DNA from: the human T2T-CHM13v2.0 reference genome, Homo sapiens
Assembly: GCF_009914755.1 (NCBI RefSeq)
Contig: NC_060928.1
DNA: 64,000 bases
Reading direction: 5' to 3' (one strand)
Part shown: one piece after another, positions 30,874-45,413 of the stretch
How positions within the stretch are numbered: the first letter of the stretch is position 1
Layout of the letters: every line of letters starts with the position of its first letter
Notes under the pieces: generated by a model
Database searches by the model: none
The model's input: the letters and a program-made list of their open reading frames with translations, nothing else
Told to the model about the DNA's origin: nothing
Made by a program: the position numbers and the translations under genes

Positions 30874-32379
30874 GCCCTCTCCCTCTCCCTCTCCCTCTCC
30901 CCACAGTCTCCCTCTCCCTCTCTTTCCACGGTCTCCCTCTGATGCCGAGCCGAAGCTGGACTGTACTGCTGCCATCTCCGCTCACTGCAACCTCCCTGCC
31001 TGATTCTCCTGCCTCAGCCTGCCGAGTGCCTGCGATTGCAGGCGCGTGCCACCACGCCTGACTGGTTTTCGTATTTTTTTGGTGGAGACAGGGTTTCGCT
31101 GTGTTGGCCGGGCTGGTCTCCAGCTCCTAACCGCGAGTGATCTGCCAGCCTCGGCCTCCCGAGGTGCCAGGATTGCAGACAGAGTCTCCTTCACTCAGTG
31201 CTCAATGGTGCCCAGGCTGGAGTGCAGTGGCATGATCTCGACTCGCTACAACCTCCACCTCCCAGCCGCCTGTCTTGGCCTCCCAAAGTGCCGAGATTGC
31301 AGCCTCTGCCCGGCCGCCACCCCGTCTGGGAAGTGAGGAGCATCTCTGCCTGGCCGCCCATTGTCTGGGATGTGAGGAGCCCCTCTGCCCGGCTGCCCAG
31401 TCTGGGAAGTGAGGAGCGCCTCTTCCCAGCCGCCATCCCGTCTAGGAAGTGAGCAGCGTCTCTGCCCGGCTGCCCATCATCTGAGATGTGGAGAGCGCCT
31501 CTGCCCCGCCACCCTGAGAAATGAGGAGCCCCTCCGCCCGGCAGCCGCCCCGTCTGAGAAGTGAGGAGCCCCTCCGCCCGGCAGCCGCCCCATCTGAGAA
31601 GTGAGGAGCCCCTCTGCCCAGCAGCCGCCCCCGCCCGGGAAGTGAGGAGCGTCTCCGCCAGGCAGCCGCCCCGTCCTGGAGGTGGGGGGCAGCCCCCCCC
31701 TCCCCGACCAGCCGCCCCGTCCGGGAGGGAGGGAGGCGGGGGGGCAGCCCCCGCCCAGCTGCCGCCCCGTCCGGGAGGTGGGGGCACCTCTGCCCAGCCG
31801 CCCCTACTGGGAAGTGAGGAGCCCCTCTGCCCTGCCACCACCCCGTCTGGGAGGTGTACCCAACAGCTCATTGAGAACGGGCCATGATGACGATGGCGGT
31901 TTTGTCAAATAGAAAAGGGGGAAATGTGGGGAAAAGATAGAGAAATCAGATTGTTGCTGTGTCTGTGTAGAAAGAAGTAGACATAGGAGACTCCATTTTG
32001 TTCTGTACTAAGAAAAATTCTTCTGCCTTGGGATCCTGTTGATCTGTGACCTTACCCCCAACCCAACCCTGTGCTCTCTGAAACATGTGCTGTGTCCACT
32101 CAGGGATAAATGGATTAAGGGCGGTGCAAGATGTGCTTTGTTAAACAGATGCTTGAAGGCAGCATGCTCGTTAAGAGTCATCACCACTCCCTAATCTCAA
32201 GTACCCAGGGACACAAACACTGCGGAAGGCCGCAGGGTCCTCTGCCTAGGAAAACCAGAGACCTTTGTTCACTTGTTTATCTGCTGACCTTCCCTCCACT
32301 ATTGTCCTATGACCCTGCCAAATCCCCCTCTGCGAGAAACACCCAAGAATGATCAATAAAAAAAAAAAGAAAAAAAAAA
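30874..32379 (+). mobile_element. Full-length SVA retrotransposon (SVA_C/D-like)
   Basis: (CCCTCT)n head, antisense Alu-like domain, GC-rich VNTR (~31310-31850), SINE-R, AATAAA plus poly(A); perfect TSD AAGATTTAG at 30865-30873 and 32380-32388. Confidence 0.96.
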
Positions 32380-32388
32380 AAGATTTAG

Positions 32389-32958
<570 letters not shown>

Positions 32959-34219
32959 GATGTAAGTTAAAAGTATAATTAATATAAATTATAGATATGT
33001 GGAAATTTAAACATTAAAGGGACATTTGATGGTATTTAAAAATTACTACTTTAATTTGTAAAATTTTAGGTGAGATAATGGTTTTGTGGTTATTTTCAAA
33101 TGTTTTTATGTTTCAGAGATACATACCAAAATATGTATAAGTGAAATGATATGATATCTGGTATCTTCCTCCAACTAACACAGGAAGGGGAAGTGGCTGG
33201 ATGAAACAAGATTGGCCATGAATTGATCATTGTTGAGCTGCGTGGTGGTTACATAAGGATCAATTTTGTAAATAATTAAAACTCCATAATAAAAAGTTTT
33301 GTAAGAACTTTTTCTGGACTGGATACAAAAGGACTGACAGAATTGCTGACAAGGTATTTGAGGGCATTGGGAAGACTTCCAAGGAAATTGGGACACTCAT
33401 GTGAAAGCGTTCCTAGGCAGCAAGAGAGCATGAACAAACAAATTAAGTTATTTTAAGCATCACCTAACATCATCGATATCAAACATGGTTAGTATTTGTT
33501 TTTCATCAAGAGCAGGCTATTATCACATGGAAACAGGTTGCCAGAGTTCATGGAACTTCCTTTGAAATGGATATGTGTAGAAATGGGCTGAGTGAAACAG
33601 GAGAGGGACTGAACGTTTGACTGGGATATCAGGAGATCCAGAGTGACAATCCTGGCTCTGTCATTAACCAGTCGTATGTCTTGGAGAAAGGCTCTTAAAT
33701 TTCGAGTGTCTCCATTTCCTTGTTTACAAAACAAGAAGGCCTGACTTATTCCCTGAGAACCCTTCTTCAATCTACTATTCTATGTGGGTTTCCACAGACA
33801 TAAAATGATAATGGTGGGGTCATATGTAAGAAATTATCAACCTCAGGTCTCTGCAGCATCACTGTCAGAACCTCCAATGTCAGCATCTTTGCTACAGGCA
33901 ACCCCAGAAAAGTCCCTGACATAACCGTCTGCTTCACATGAGAAGCAGATGGAAGGAATAGAGTGTGACTGCGTGCATTGTTTTTCAACGCAGTAATTAA
34001 AATCTTGGTGCCCTTCTCAGTAAGATAAGAGAATTTATTTACATTTGGCAACTTACTAGTTAAAAGTTCCTCTCTACTTGGAAACTACACTTGCTTTATT
34101 TCCTTGTTTCCATAAAGGAATATTGAAAAATCTGCTTCTTGGTGTCTCAAATGAAGTTAAAATATTTCTGATTGGATATCATCTTGGGCCCACAATTTCT
34201 AATAAAATAAAAGGTGCCT

Positions 34220-34531
<312 letters not shown>

Positions 34532-35200
34532 TTAGACACCACTCCCCACATGTTTTGAACCATAGTAGAGACTCAGCTGCAACCATCCCTATCACGGAAG
34601 GACAGATGTGAACTCTGAGGCCCAGAACTGCTGGATATTTAGAGACCCACCAGCTCCCGTCCTACCTTGGCAGAAGGCTGGAGGCTGCACAGACTCATCT
34701 GGGAAAACTGGCATTTGAGATAAAAACAAGGGTGAGTGAGATCTGCCTGGGTCTGTGATTCTCCATGTCCTGCAATTTTTTCCAGAGCATGACTGAGAAG
34801 AAGGTTTATCTGGTGCAGAGAAAAGAGATAGCCTGAGTGTGGTGGACCTGCAGACCACCTAACATTTGGGGAAACTGAGGCAGACTGTCCTTCTCTTCTT
34901 CTCTGTGCTCCAGCCTCTCAGGTTTTGCAGTCAGGGGAAGGACCACACTCTCACATTAACTACATCCTTCCCTCACATCTCTCTTAAGCTTCCAGTGCTC
35001 AGGCAAGCTTCCTGACTGAGGTGGCCTCTGTTAACCTGCAGCCTCATGACATCTCTCTGCTTTCCTTCCAGCATTTTATCAGTTTGTAATTACGTATTAA
35101 CTGCCGTGATTACATGATTAGTATGCCTTTCCCATGACACTAAACAGATATTACAGATCCTGGATATATATTTTTTCTTTTTAAAATTGAAGAACACACT

Positions 35201-35681
<481 letters not shown>

Positions 35682-35689
35682 AGTTGAAG

Positions 35690-36630
35690 AACATACGGAA
35701 AATGCACAACTCATAAGATTGCAGCTTAGTGAATATTACAAAGTCAACACACCTGTTGACCATCGTCCAGGTCAAGAAACAGAACAGTCCCGGAACCCCA
35801 GAAGGCACTTTCCCTCCTTCCCAAAGCTACCACTCTGCTGACATCCATAGGTTAGTTTTGCCTCCTTTTTAGTTTTTAATCTTAAAACTTAAAAAAAAGA
35901 GATATAACTTACATACAGTGAATTTTACCCTTTATATCGTACAGTTCTATAAGTTTTGATAAAAGTAAACCCCAAACTCAATCAAGATACGGAACAGTTC
36001 CACAACTCCCTCAAATTCCCTTGTGCCCTAGGTAGTCAACCCCTCCCCCAACCCCCAGCTCTTGAAAATCACTGATTTGTTTCCTTTACCTATAATTTTA
36101 TATATTTCAGTGTTTTTTTTTTTTTTTTTTTTCAGGGTCTCCCTCTGTCTCCCAGGCTGGAGAACAGTGGCACAATCAGGGCTCACTGCAGCCTCGACCT
36201 CCCAGGCTCAAGCGATCCTCCCTCCTCAGGACTCCCTCCAGCTCCCCCACCACGAAATAGCTGGGACTACAGATGAATGATGCAGTATTTTGGGGTGACG
36301 GGGTATGGGGGTGGGTGTTTGAACTCTGTCACTCAGTGTTTGTGAGATTCATTCATGATGTTGTGTATAACAGTAGTTCACCTGCATTGCTCTATCAATG
36401 TGCCATGATTTATTTATATGAATTGGTATGGATATACTACCAAGTATTTATCCATTGTATTGTCGATGGTCATCTGGGTTGTTTCCAGTTTGAGGCTTTT
36501 ACAAATAATGCTGCTAGAAATATTCTTGCCCGTGCTTTTTTATGCTTATGGGTATGCATCTTCTTTATGGCTTGGTGATACCAGCGTCAGGAAGATGTGC
36601 TCCTATGTTAGTTTCCCTAAGTTTCACGCT
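35690..36630 (-). mobile_element. Old L1M antisense fragment with a truncated antisense Alu (36113-36272)
   Basis: GAGATTCATTCATGATGTTGTGTATAACAGTAGTTC; GATGGTCATCTGGGTTGTTTCCAGTTTGAGGCT. Confidence 0.7.
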
Positions 36631-36632
36631 AC

Positions 36633-37131
36633 TATGGAAAGAGACCACCATTTCTGCTGTCCTTCCCAGCTTCTCCCCCACCTCCCCTTTTCCCTAGTTT
36701 ATAAGACAGGAGAAAAGAGAGAAAGCAAAAAGTTGGAAAAAAACAGAAGTAAGATAAATAGCTAGACGACCTTGGCGCCACCACCTGGCCCTGGTGGTTA
36801 AAATAATAATAATAATATTAACCCCTGACCAAAACTACTGGCGTTATCCGTAAATTCCAGACATCGTATGAGAAAGCACTGTAAAACTTCTTGTTCTGTT
36901 AGCTGATGTATGTAGCCCCCAGTCACGTTCCTCACGCTTACTTGATCTATCATGACCCTTTCACGTAGACAGACCCCTTAGCGTTGTAAGCCCTTAAAAT
37001 GGCTAGGAATTTCTTTTTCAGGGAGCTCGGCTCTTAAGACGCGAGTCTGCCGACGCTCCCGGCCGAATAAAAACCTCTTCCTTCTTTAATCCGGTGTCTG
37101 AGGAGTTTTGTCTGCGGCTCCTCCTGCTACA
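36633..37131 (+). mobile_element. LTR2B (HERV-E family) solo LTR
   Basis: LTR2-type 3' end GCTCCCGGCCGAATAAA...GGTGTCTGAGGAGTTTTGTCTGCGGCTCCTCCTGCTACA; 4-bp TSD CTAC (36629-36632, 37132-37135). Confidence 0.88.
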
Positions 37132-37479
37132 CTACCTTTCGCACTTAGAGATACAATTGATCTGGAGTTCAGAGCTGTGTGTGATGGGAGGTAGGGGGCC
37201 AAGTTCCCTTTTTTCTTTTCCCTACGTGGATATCCCGTTGACCGAGCACCATTAACCAAAAATAGTTCCTTCCTGTGCTCTGCAGCCCCGCCTCTGAAAT
37301 AAATTGTCCATACACGTGTATTTTTGTTTCTGGTCTCTATCTTATGTTCCACTGGTCTTCCTACTTTGCTTTTCTTTTTCAAGATTTTTTTCTGGCTGTT
37401 CTTGACCCTCTGAGTTTCTACATAGTCTTCAGGCCCCTATCTGGGTGCACTTCCTGGTATCCCAGCATCTGACATGTGC

Positions 37480-38400
37480 CTGGCGCGCAGCAGGAACTCA
37501 CGGCTGGCTGTAGCCTGGATGCATCAGAGACGATGGCAAACCCTTCTCACACGTGCCAGGTTCCAGCAACCCACCCTAGCCCCGCAATTCCTCCTCGCTC
37601 ACTCCCACCCCCCGCAGCGCACCCGCAAACGGCAAGGAGGCGTGCCCGCCGCGGCGCGCGTCACTTTCCCCCGGACCGACTGGCTCCGCCGCGGCTCTCC
37701 CCGCCCCCGCCTCCGCCTCCACGTCTTGGGGCCGGGCCGGAAGGCAGATCTCACCGCCTGCTTCCCTCTGCAGCGGTAGCACAAGCTCAGCGATGGCGGC
37801 TCCAGAAGGCAGCGGTCTAGGCGAGGACGCCCGGCTGGACCAGGAGACCGCCCAGTGGCTGCGCTGGGACAAGGTGAGGGGCACCAGCAGGCGGGGAGCG
37901 CCTGGAGCGGGGCCGGGTGCTCTGCCCTCTCCAGGCGCGGCGCTGCTTGCTCTGCCTGAGCTGCCTTCCCGCCCAGTGCATCCCGCTTCTCCCCCGGGAA
38001 GACCCAGGAGCGTACGGCCGCTGCTAGGCTTCCTTCGACCTGGCCGGCATGCGGCACGTTCAGAGTTAGGCCGGGAAGGCTTGTCCCCGGACGAAACCAG
38101 CCATCCGGCCGGCCGGACTGCAAGTTCGGAGTAGAGGAGCGAGCCAGGGTGGTGTAAGCGCGGCCAGACCCTGGACGCTGTCTAGTTGAGGGGCGCACGC
38201 CTTACTGTCACTCAGACCGCTGGCTCGTCGTCGGTAGTCGGCTGTGCATCCCCATGGACCCAGAATCGCTCCGTCCCGCGTATTCCTTTGGCCGCTGAGA
38301 CCTTTGCAGAGCAGCGTTCTGGTCCGGTCCTCCCATCCCGAGGGCTTGGTTACAAACGTGGGTTGTCCTCCCGGGTGGGCCCGCCTGGCTTCAGGAGTCC
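37480..38400 (+). promoter_or_regulatory. PGM2: CpG-island promoter of PGM2
   Basis: CpG-dense and TATA-less; GC box CCCCGCCCCC 37699-37708; CACGTG E-box 37550-37555; YY1-like ATGGCGGC at the start codon. Confidence 0.88.
37793..37873 (+). CDS. PGM2: Phosphoglucomutase-2 / phosphopentomutase, coding exon 1
   Basis: MAAPEGSGLGEDARLDQETAQWLRWDK; donor AAG|GTGAGG. Confidence 0.96.
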
Positions 38401-41025
38401 CCCTTAGAACTTTGACTGCCAGGGAGGCACACCTGGGACACAGCACGGTTTTCTCTCTCTTCATTCCGTTTCTTAGAATCAGGAACCCAGCTCTGGACAT
38501 CACTCCCTCTCCTCTCTATAAACTTGCGTCTCGCCCTTTCGACCTGTTCTGCTTGCTGTTAGGTTTTCTCGGAATGTCCCTCGCTGCTCTCCTGCTGAAC
38601 TTGTTTCTCCCGTTGTGACTCATATTTTGTGCCTGAACTTAAATGTGGCTTACGTAGAGAGTCAGTCCTTCCTTGGCTCCGAAGCGTTAAATTATTTATC
38701 CCTAATATTCACTCTAAACAGTCTGTTATTTTCCTTTATAGCTCTTACTACAAATGGTAAAAACAAAAAACTCCAAAAACACTTGTTTGTAGGTTTGTTT
38801 AATGTCTGTCTCCAGGGCCGACTTCAGGGGCGAGAGACCCCTGCAGTCTCACAGGACTCGCGCTCCTTGAAGGGCCCACTGTTGTTTTAATGTCCTGCTG
38901 TCCTGTCTTGAAAGTCTTACTGGTAAAACAAGAGGTCACCCACTTTCATTGTGCACTGGACCTCCATAAATTATGTGGCCAGGCCTCTCTATTCTCACTA
39001 CCTTGGTTTGTAGTGCCTGGCATAGGCATAGTGCATGACACATAGTAGGTCACTGAAATACTTGAATGAACAAAGAAGATTACAAGGTCAGTAGGGGTCA
39101 GGTCTTTGTCTTTATTTACCATTCTCTGGCCCCTACAAATAAAATGTCAGCAAATCCCATTTCCAGGATGCTATTGGCAACTCCTTGGGGGCGTTTTTCT
39201 TTTCCTGGGAAGATAACCTTGTGATTCACAAGGGAAGAAAAATGTTTCCATTTCTGATAACTTGTAGCTTGCAGAGTACAGAATTCTTTTGAAGTCAGAG
39301 TTCATAATGCACTTTCTCTAAGAAGAAGAAGAAAACAATCTAATTTCTACACAGTGTTGCATCTGTGTATAGAAAAATTGTATTTCTCTGGGTAGAGATG
39401 AGATGTCCTTTTTTTTTTTTAATCACTTCTCATGTTCTATCCTCTGTTAATTTCTTCTTTGCTTTGAGACTGGCACCTGAGAAGAAGCCCATTCATTCTC
39501 CAGTGAACCTCCCACCAGCTAAAAGCATTGCAGCCCTCTAGTCAGACTACCCCCGGCGACTGGCAAGGCGCCCTGGCAGGTGCCCTCTGTCTTTCCACCG
39601 TGCCTTCATCCCTGCTCTTTTCTCTGCTGTCAGTTTTGCTCACTGCCAGGGCTGATTCTGATCCTGCTGTACTCTTGACTTGTCATTCTTACCTGTCTGT
39701 CTCCTTTGTTTCTCTCAGGCTACTTGGTCTTTCATAGATATCAAAGACCAATTAAGATTTTCCAGACCTACACTATGAACAAGGGAGGATCACTCGATAT
39801 TGAGTGTGGCAGTGAAGTCCGTGTTTTCTGATTCACTCCACTAATATTTATTGAGGCTCTTTTATGAGCCTCTTTTATGTACCTGATCTGAGCCTTTCTT
39901 TGGGGCACCTGACAATCTGATAGGTAAGACTGTGTTCTGTAATTAGCATCTGCTGTTTTTCACCAAAAAAGATGGGGTTTACTTGATTCCCATTGAATCT
40001 GCCACAATCTGGAAATGTGGGCTTAATTCCAGAAAGCCAAGGTTTTATTGCAGTAGTATTTCAAAGTTTAATTAAATGGCCACGTCCTGCGTGAGTGCTC
40101 ATCTAAATGGATAATGACTGTAAAACAGGAATATAAAGTCCTTCCTCTGTTGTTTTCCTGAATTCATAACTTAAAAGTCTCATATGAAACTAATGTGATT
40201 GTCATTATTTTTCTCCAACCATAACATTTTCTGCAACTACCATACAAAAAAAAAATAGGGCAATGTATAATGAACTTAAATGAATCATGTTAGCGTCTAT
40301 TTGAAGCAGTTAATGTTATAGAAAAGGCACTAGATTAATGTTTATCTTGCAATTTAAGCAAGTCACCCAATCTCTGAGGCTTCCCCATCTATAAAATTGG
40401 GTTTCTGTTATTTGTCTACTTCTTGGAGATGTTACAATATTCAAACTTGACCAGGTATGTGAATGCCTGGTATGAATTATAAAACATTACAAAAGTAAGG
40501 TTTTGACTTAAGTTGTGTAATCTATCACTCTGGAAAATTTGAGGGCATTAGGGAAAAAAATGGACATTTAATCACAACTAAATGCCAGGTAGAGAAAGAT
40601 ATTTTACATTAATTTGAAGTAAACCACCTTAAAACCTTAAAAATCGTGTAAGGGAGGTTCTAGATTATTCCCATTTTGCAAATAGGGAAACAGAATTTGA
40701 GAACTGGAATAATCTGCGCAAGCACCTAGAGTTGGCAAGTGGTATTCTGGGATTCCATTCTGGGGGTTAGACTCATATGCTAAAATCTCTACTTTGATTT
40801 CTCCAAAGGTGCTTACCTTGACAGGAAAGAAAAGAACACTTACATTATAATGTCAAACTGACTTCATATTTCAGATTTCAAAAGCATCAGAAAATTGAAA
40901 GGTCTACATATATATATATATACATATATATATATTTTCTATAGATTAGAATGATTGTGAATTTTTTTACATTTCTGATTTTTCATTCACTTGTCTGGCT
41001 GTGTCTATACATTTTTGTTTTTCAG

Positions 41026-41193
41026 AATTCCTTAACTTTGGAGGCAGTGAAACGACTAATAGCAGAAGGTAATAAAGAAGAACTACGAAAATGTTTTGGG
41101 GCCCGAATGGAGTTTGGGACAGCTGGCCTCCGAGCTGCTATGGGACCTGGAATTTCTCGTATGAATGACTTGACCATCATCCAGACTACACAG
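41026..41193 (+). CDS. PGM2: PGM2 exon 2
   Basis: TTTCAG|; NSLTLEAV...RMEFGTAGLRAAMG...IIQTTQ; |GTACC. Confidence 0.97.
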
Positions 41194-41973
41194 GTACCAT
41201 GTTTTTTATAATTCTTAGTAACTCAATGTATCCCCTAGCTCATTTTCTATTTGGCAGACCTAATTTATTCTAATTATAGACATGTCTTATCAGCTTGGCT
41301 AGACACAGGAAGTCACCACCATTTACTCCATAAAGTAAGGCTTGCACAATAGGTCGAAGTAGCACTTATTCAGGACTCATATAGCCATCCATCCATTCAT
41401 TCATTCATTTAACACACTTATTGAGTACATACCATGTGCCAGCACTGGGGATATAAGAATGACTCGAACAAACAGATTCTCTCATGGAGCTTTCATTCCA
41501 GTATAAATGCACCAACTAAGCTGACAACTTTTAAGGTCCTGTAATTTTTGCCATGATTACATAGCAAGTGCTAAAAAGCTTTTCTAACTGCCGGAGTTAC
41601 CAAGAGCCTGTTCTCCTTTGTTTTATAGTATGGATTGAGTCTGTCTTAATTTGTGAATATTTTTGTCAGAATCTAGACCCAGCTTTTAGGAAGGAGATAA
41701 TTTGACAAAACAGAAGTGCTTCTACTGGGTATTGGCAGTACTGTTTATGAGGGAAATGAAATAGAACAGATTATTCACATCAGTATTTCTTCACCTTAGA
41801 CCTGTTGATGATGAATGTCACTTTAATTGTGGGAAAAGAAAGGCTAGAAAAAATTGCCTAATAGTGATTACATGTGCCTCACGTATACATCCCAGTGTAA
41901 AAGGCAGAGCTGGGCATGTTGTAACAAAACTCCAACAAGGAAAGCTTATCTAAGGGTATAGAATTACCACAGG

Positions 41974-42276
41974 GGCCAGGCGCGATGGCTCACACCTGTA
42001 ATCCCAGCACTTTGGGAGGCTGAGCCAGGCAGATCACTTGAGCCTAGGAGTTCATGACCAGCCTGAGCAACATGGTGAAACCCTGTCTCTACCAAAAATA
42101 CAAAAATTAGCCAGGCGTGGTGGTGTGCACCTGTAATTCCAGCTTCTTGGGAGGCTGAGACAGAAGGATTGTTTGAACCCGGAAGGCAAGGTCGTAGTGA
42201 GCCGACATTGTGCCACTGGACTCCAGCCTGGGCAACAGAGCAAGACTCTGTCTCAAAAAAAAAAAAAAAAAAAAAG
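41974..42276 (+). mobile_element. Alu (intron 2)
   Basis: Dimeric Alu with A tail. Confidence 0.92.
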
Positions 42277-42427
42277 AATTGCCATGGGAACTCCTGGTCA
42301 CAAATTGTTATTAAGCAATAGGGCTCCCTGAGATGCTGGAGGAAAGACTTAGAATGGGGTAAGTATGGGAATCCTGTTTGGTTCATGGATAACATAGGAA
42401 CTGTGCTGCTGAATAAGGTTGCCTTCT

Positions 42428-42976
42428 GTACCAGTTACTAGGGCTATGTAACAAATCATTGAAAACATAATGGTTTAAAACAACAACCACATTTATTTTG
42501 CTCACAAATCTGCAATTTTGGTAGAACTCAGTGGGGACAGCTTGTCTCTGCTTCACTCAGCACCATCTGGGCCAGTTTGGAGGTTGGAATCATTTGAAGG
42601 CACCTTCATTCACACGTCTGAAATTATTACTGGCTATTGGCTGGGATCTTAGCTGGGGTTGGAACCCCTTCATGTGGCCTGGACTTCCTTATAACATGGT
42701 GGTTGGCTTTCAGTGAAGTATCCAGAGAGGGAGAGAGAGAGAATGTGCCAATTGGAAGCTGTGCTGACTTTTATGACGTAGCTTTGAAAGTCACACAGTG
42801 TCACTTCTACCGTATTCGGTTTGTTAAAAGTGAGTCAATAAGGCTGTCTCATATTCAAGGAGAGGGCACATAGATACCCACTTCTCATTAAAGGAGCATT
42901 GATGTCACATTGTAAGAGGAACATGTGAGATGGCTTATATTACTGGGGCCATCTTTGGACAATCCAGTTGGTTACA
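42428..42976 (-). mobile_element. MLT1-type MaLR LTR
   Basis: TGTACCAGTTACTAGGGCTATGTAACAAATC...ATTTATTTTGCTCACAAATCTGCAATT...GAAAGTCACACAGTGTCACTTC. Confidence 0.75.
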
Positions 42977-44335
42977 CCTGCCATTGGGCCTAATTGTTAG
43001 GGGTTTCTAAGGGATTCTAGATTAACCTAGAGCTTTTTCCCCTGTATTTTTCTATATCTAGTTTCTGAGAATAATGAAATGTATTCCCATTAAGGACTAT
43101 CTTACCCATTTTTATCCTAGAATTCATCTCCTCTGGGGGTAAACCCTGTGGTAAACATAGATGATCAATATTCTAAAGGTCATGTAATTCAACCAGACAC
43201 CCCTTGGGATAATTTTCTCCATGACCCCACCACTCTGAAGTGCTCATTCAGCCTATTCTTGGATACTTGTAATAGGAGACAGAGATGTGAAGAGTTAAGA
43301 AAGTTTTATCTGAGCAGCAAGTATATCTTTAAAATCTTAGGAGTGGATTCAAAATTAGAGGCAAGAGGATTCCCAGAACAAACAACCCAGGTTTCTACCC
43401 AGTCTTGGGTAGTGTTCCCTGGCAGAATGCTGATATGCAAATATATTTGTCACTTTTCACTGATCAGACTTTCATGGTGGCATAGGTGCCCTTCCTGCTG
43501 GTCTCTGGGTGTGGAGCCTCATTCTGAGGTACCCCAAAGTTTGCCTGGTTCATTTAAGAAGCAGATGTATGTGATTCAAAAATATGTCAAAGGAAACAGG
43601 ACAGAGACTGGAGGAAACTTTTGTATTGTTTGCCTCATTGATAGAGGTTATAATTTCCTCCTGCCAATTAATTTATGCTTTATTTATGTTCTATTTTGGG
43701 TTCTGTGTTCATAGATTATTTAATTTAGCCATAGCATACCAGTGATGGGAAACTCACTGTCCTTTGAAAGAGGCCATTCTATCTTTGGACCATTCTCATT
43801 AAAAGATGGTTTCATTATTTTAAGCCAAAATCTGCCTTTCTGTAGACTTTACATATTGGTCTTAGTTCTACTTTTTGAAGGTCATACACATAAACTTGCT
43901 TCTTATGTTTTATAATAACATTTTATTTCTGAAAACCTCCCTCTTCCCCCACTGAGTCTTTCATCTAGAATAAGAATTCCCTTTTCCCTTGGCCATTCTT
44001 TCAGGTCCTCATCCTCAGCAGGCCTCCGAGATTTTTAGAGAATCTGGAGATGTGAATGCTTTTTTGCCCCATGGAGCATTGGGGCCACAGCTCAAGGGTT
44101 GAGCAGGAAGAGGGGTACTGTCACTGTTGTAAGTCTTGAAGTATCAGGCATCTGGGTACCTTCTGGGGAACCCACAAAACCAATACACATGGCCTTATTT
44201 CCTTGTATCACTCAGCCTCAGAAGATAATCCCAGTGCAATGTATTTGTCAAGGAAAAGCTAAAGGCATTCTAAATTAGCTTGGCTCTCGCAACAAGACTG
44301 TGATGTATCCCCTCCTACCCAAAATAAAAATTATG

Positions 44336-45413
44336 GCTTGGACATGGTGGCTCATGCCTGTAATCCGAGCACTTTAGGAGGCCAAGGCAGGAGGATTGCT
44401 TGAGCCCACAAGATTGAAACCAGCCTGGGCAATATGGCAAGATCCCATCTCTACAAAAATTGTTTTTTAAAAATTAGCCAGACATGGTAGCATGTGCCTG
44501 TAGTCCCAGCACCTCAGGAGGCTGAGGTGAGAGGATTACTTGAGCCTGAGAGATTGAGGCTGCAGTGAACCATGATCGTGTCACTGCACTCCAGCATGGG
44601 AGAGAGTGAGACCCCATCTCAAAAGAAAAAGAGTTATGTATATTTTAATAAGACTTCCTTTAGCAAAAGTGAAATAAATAATATAAAATGAATCATTATT
44701 TTTGCCCAATCAACCAGAGTTCTCTTTGTTTTATATGGCTTTGAAGGAAAATAACAACAAAAATAATGCGTAAAACAGCAAACACTTAATATAGTACTTA
44801 GTTGGTGTTGAATTCTCAGCACTTTGCATGTTTTCATTCATTTACTCCTTATGAGGTAGGTATTATTGTTATTCCTGTTTTACAGAAGAGGAAACTAAGG
44901 CACCAAGAAATTAAGGAACTTGTCATTTGCTTGTAGGTGGCAGCGTGGAGTACAAATTCTCAGATTGTGCTTCTAGAGTATGTGCTTTTAAGCCCTACAC
45001 TGAACTACCTCTCACCAGCCCTGGATACAAATCCAGGCTCTGCTACTCGAATATCTGAAACTGTCACTGTGCCTCTCTGAGGCTTATTTTACCCATCTAT
45101 AAAATGGGTTTTCTGGTCAGGTGCAGTGGCCCACACCTGTAATCCCAGCATTTTGGGAGGTCAAGACAGGAGGATTATTTGACAGTAGTTCAAGACCAAC
45201 CTGGGCAACATTGCAAGACCCTGTCTCTACAAAAAATTTTTAAAAATTAGTTGGGCCTGGTAGCATGCACCTGTGGTCCTAGCTTCTCAGGAGGCTGAGG
45301 TAGGGGGGGATTGCTTAAACCCAGGAATTCAAGGTTGCAGTGAACTATGATTGTGCCATTGCAACTCCAGCCTAGGCAACAGAGCAAGACCCTGTCTCTG
45401 GAAAAAAAAAAAA
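44336..45413 (+). mobile_element. Two sense AluJ (44336-44630, 45115-45413) with MIR between
   Basis: Alu dimers; MIR core TTTTACAGAAGAGGAAACTAAGGCAC. Confidence 0.88.

Noticed and set aside
31191-31912. 226-aa and overlapping Pro/Gly/Arg-rich ORFs
   Set aside because: Translations of the GC-rich SVA VNTR
37474-38618. Multiple overlapping 100-200 aa ORFs on both strands
   Set aside because: Stop-codon scarcity in the CpG island; only 37793-37873 fits the spliced PGM2 frame
43148-43714. 188-aa intronic ORF
   Set aside because: Non-ATG start, no recognisable homology and no splice context
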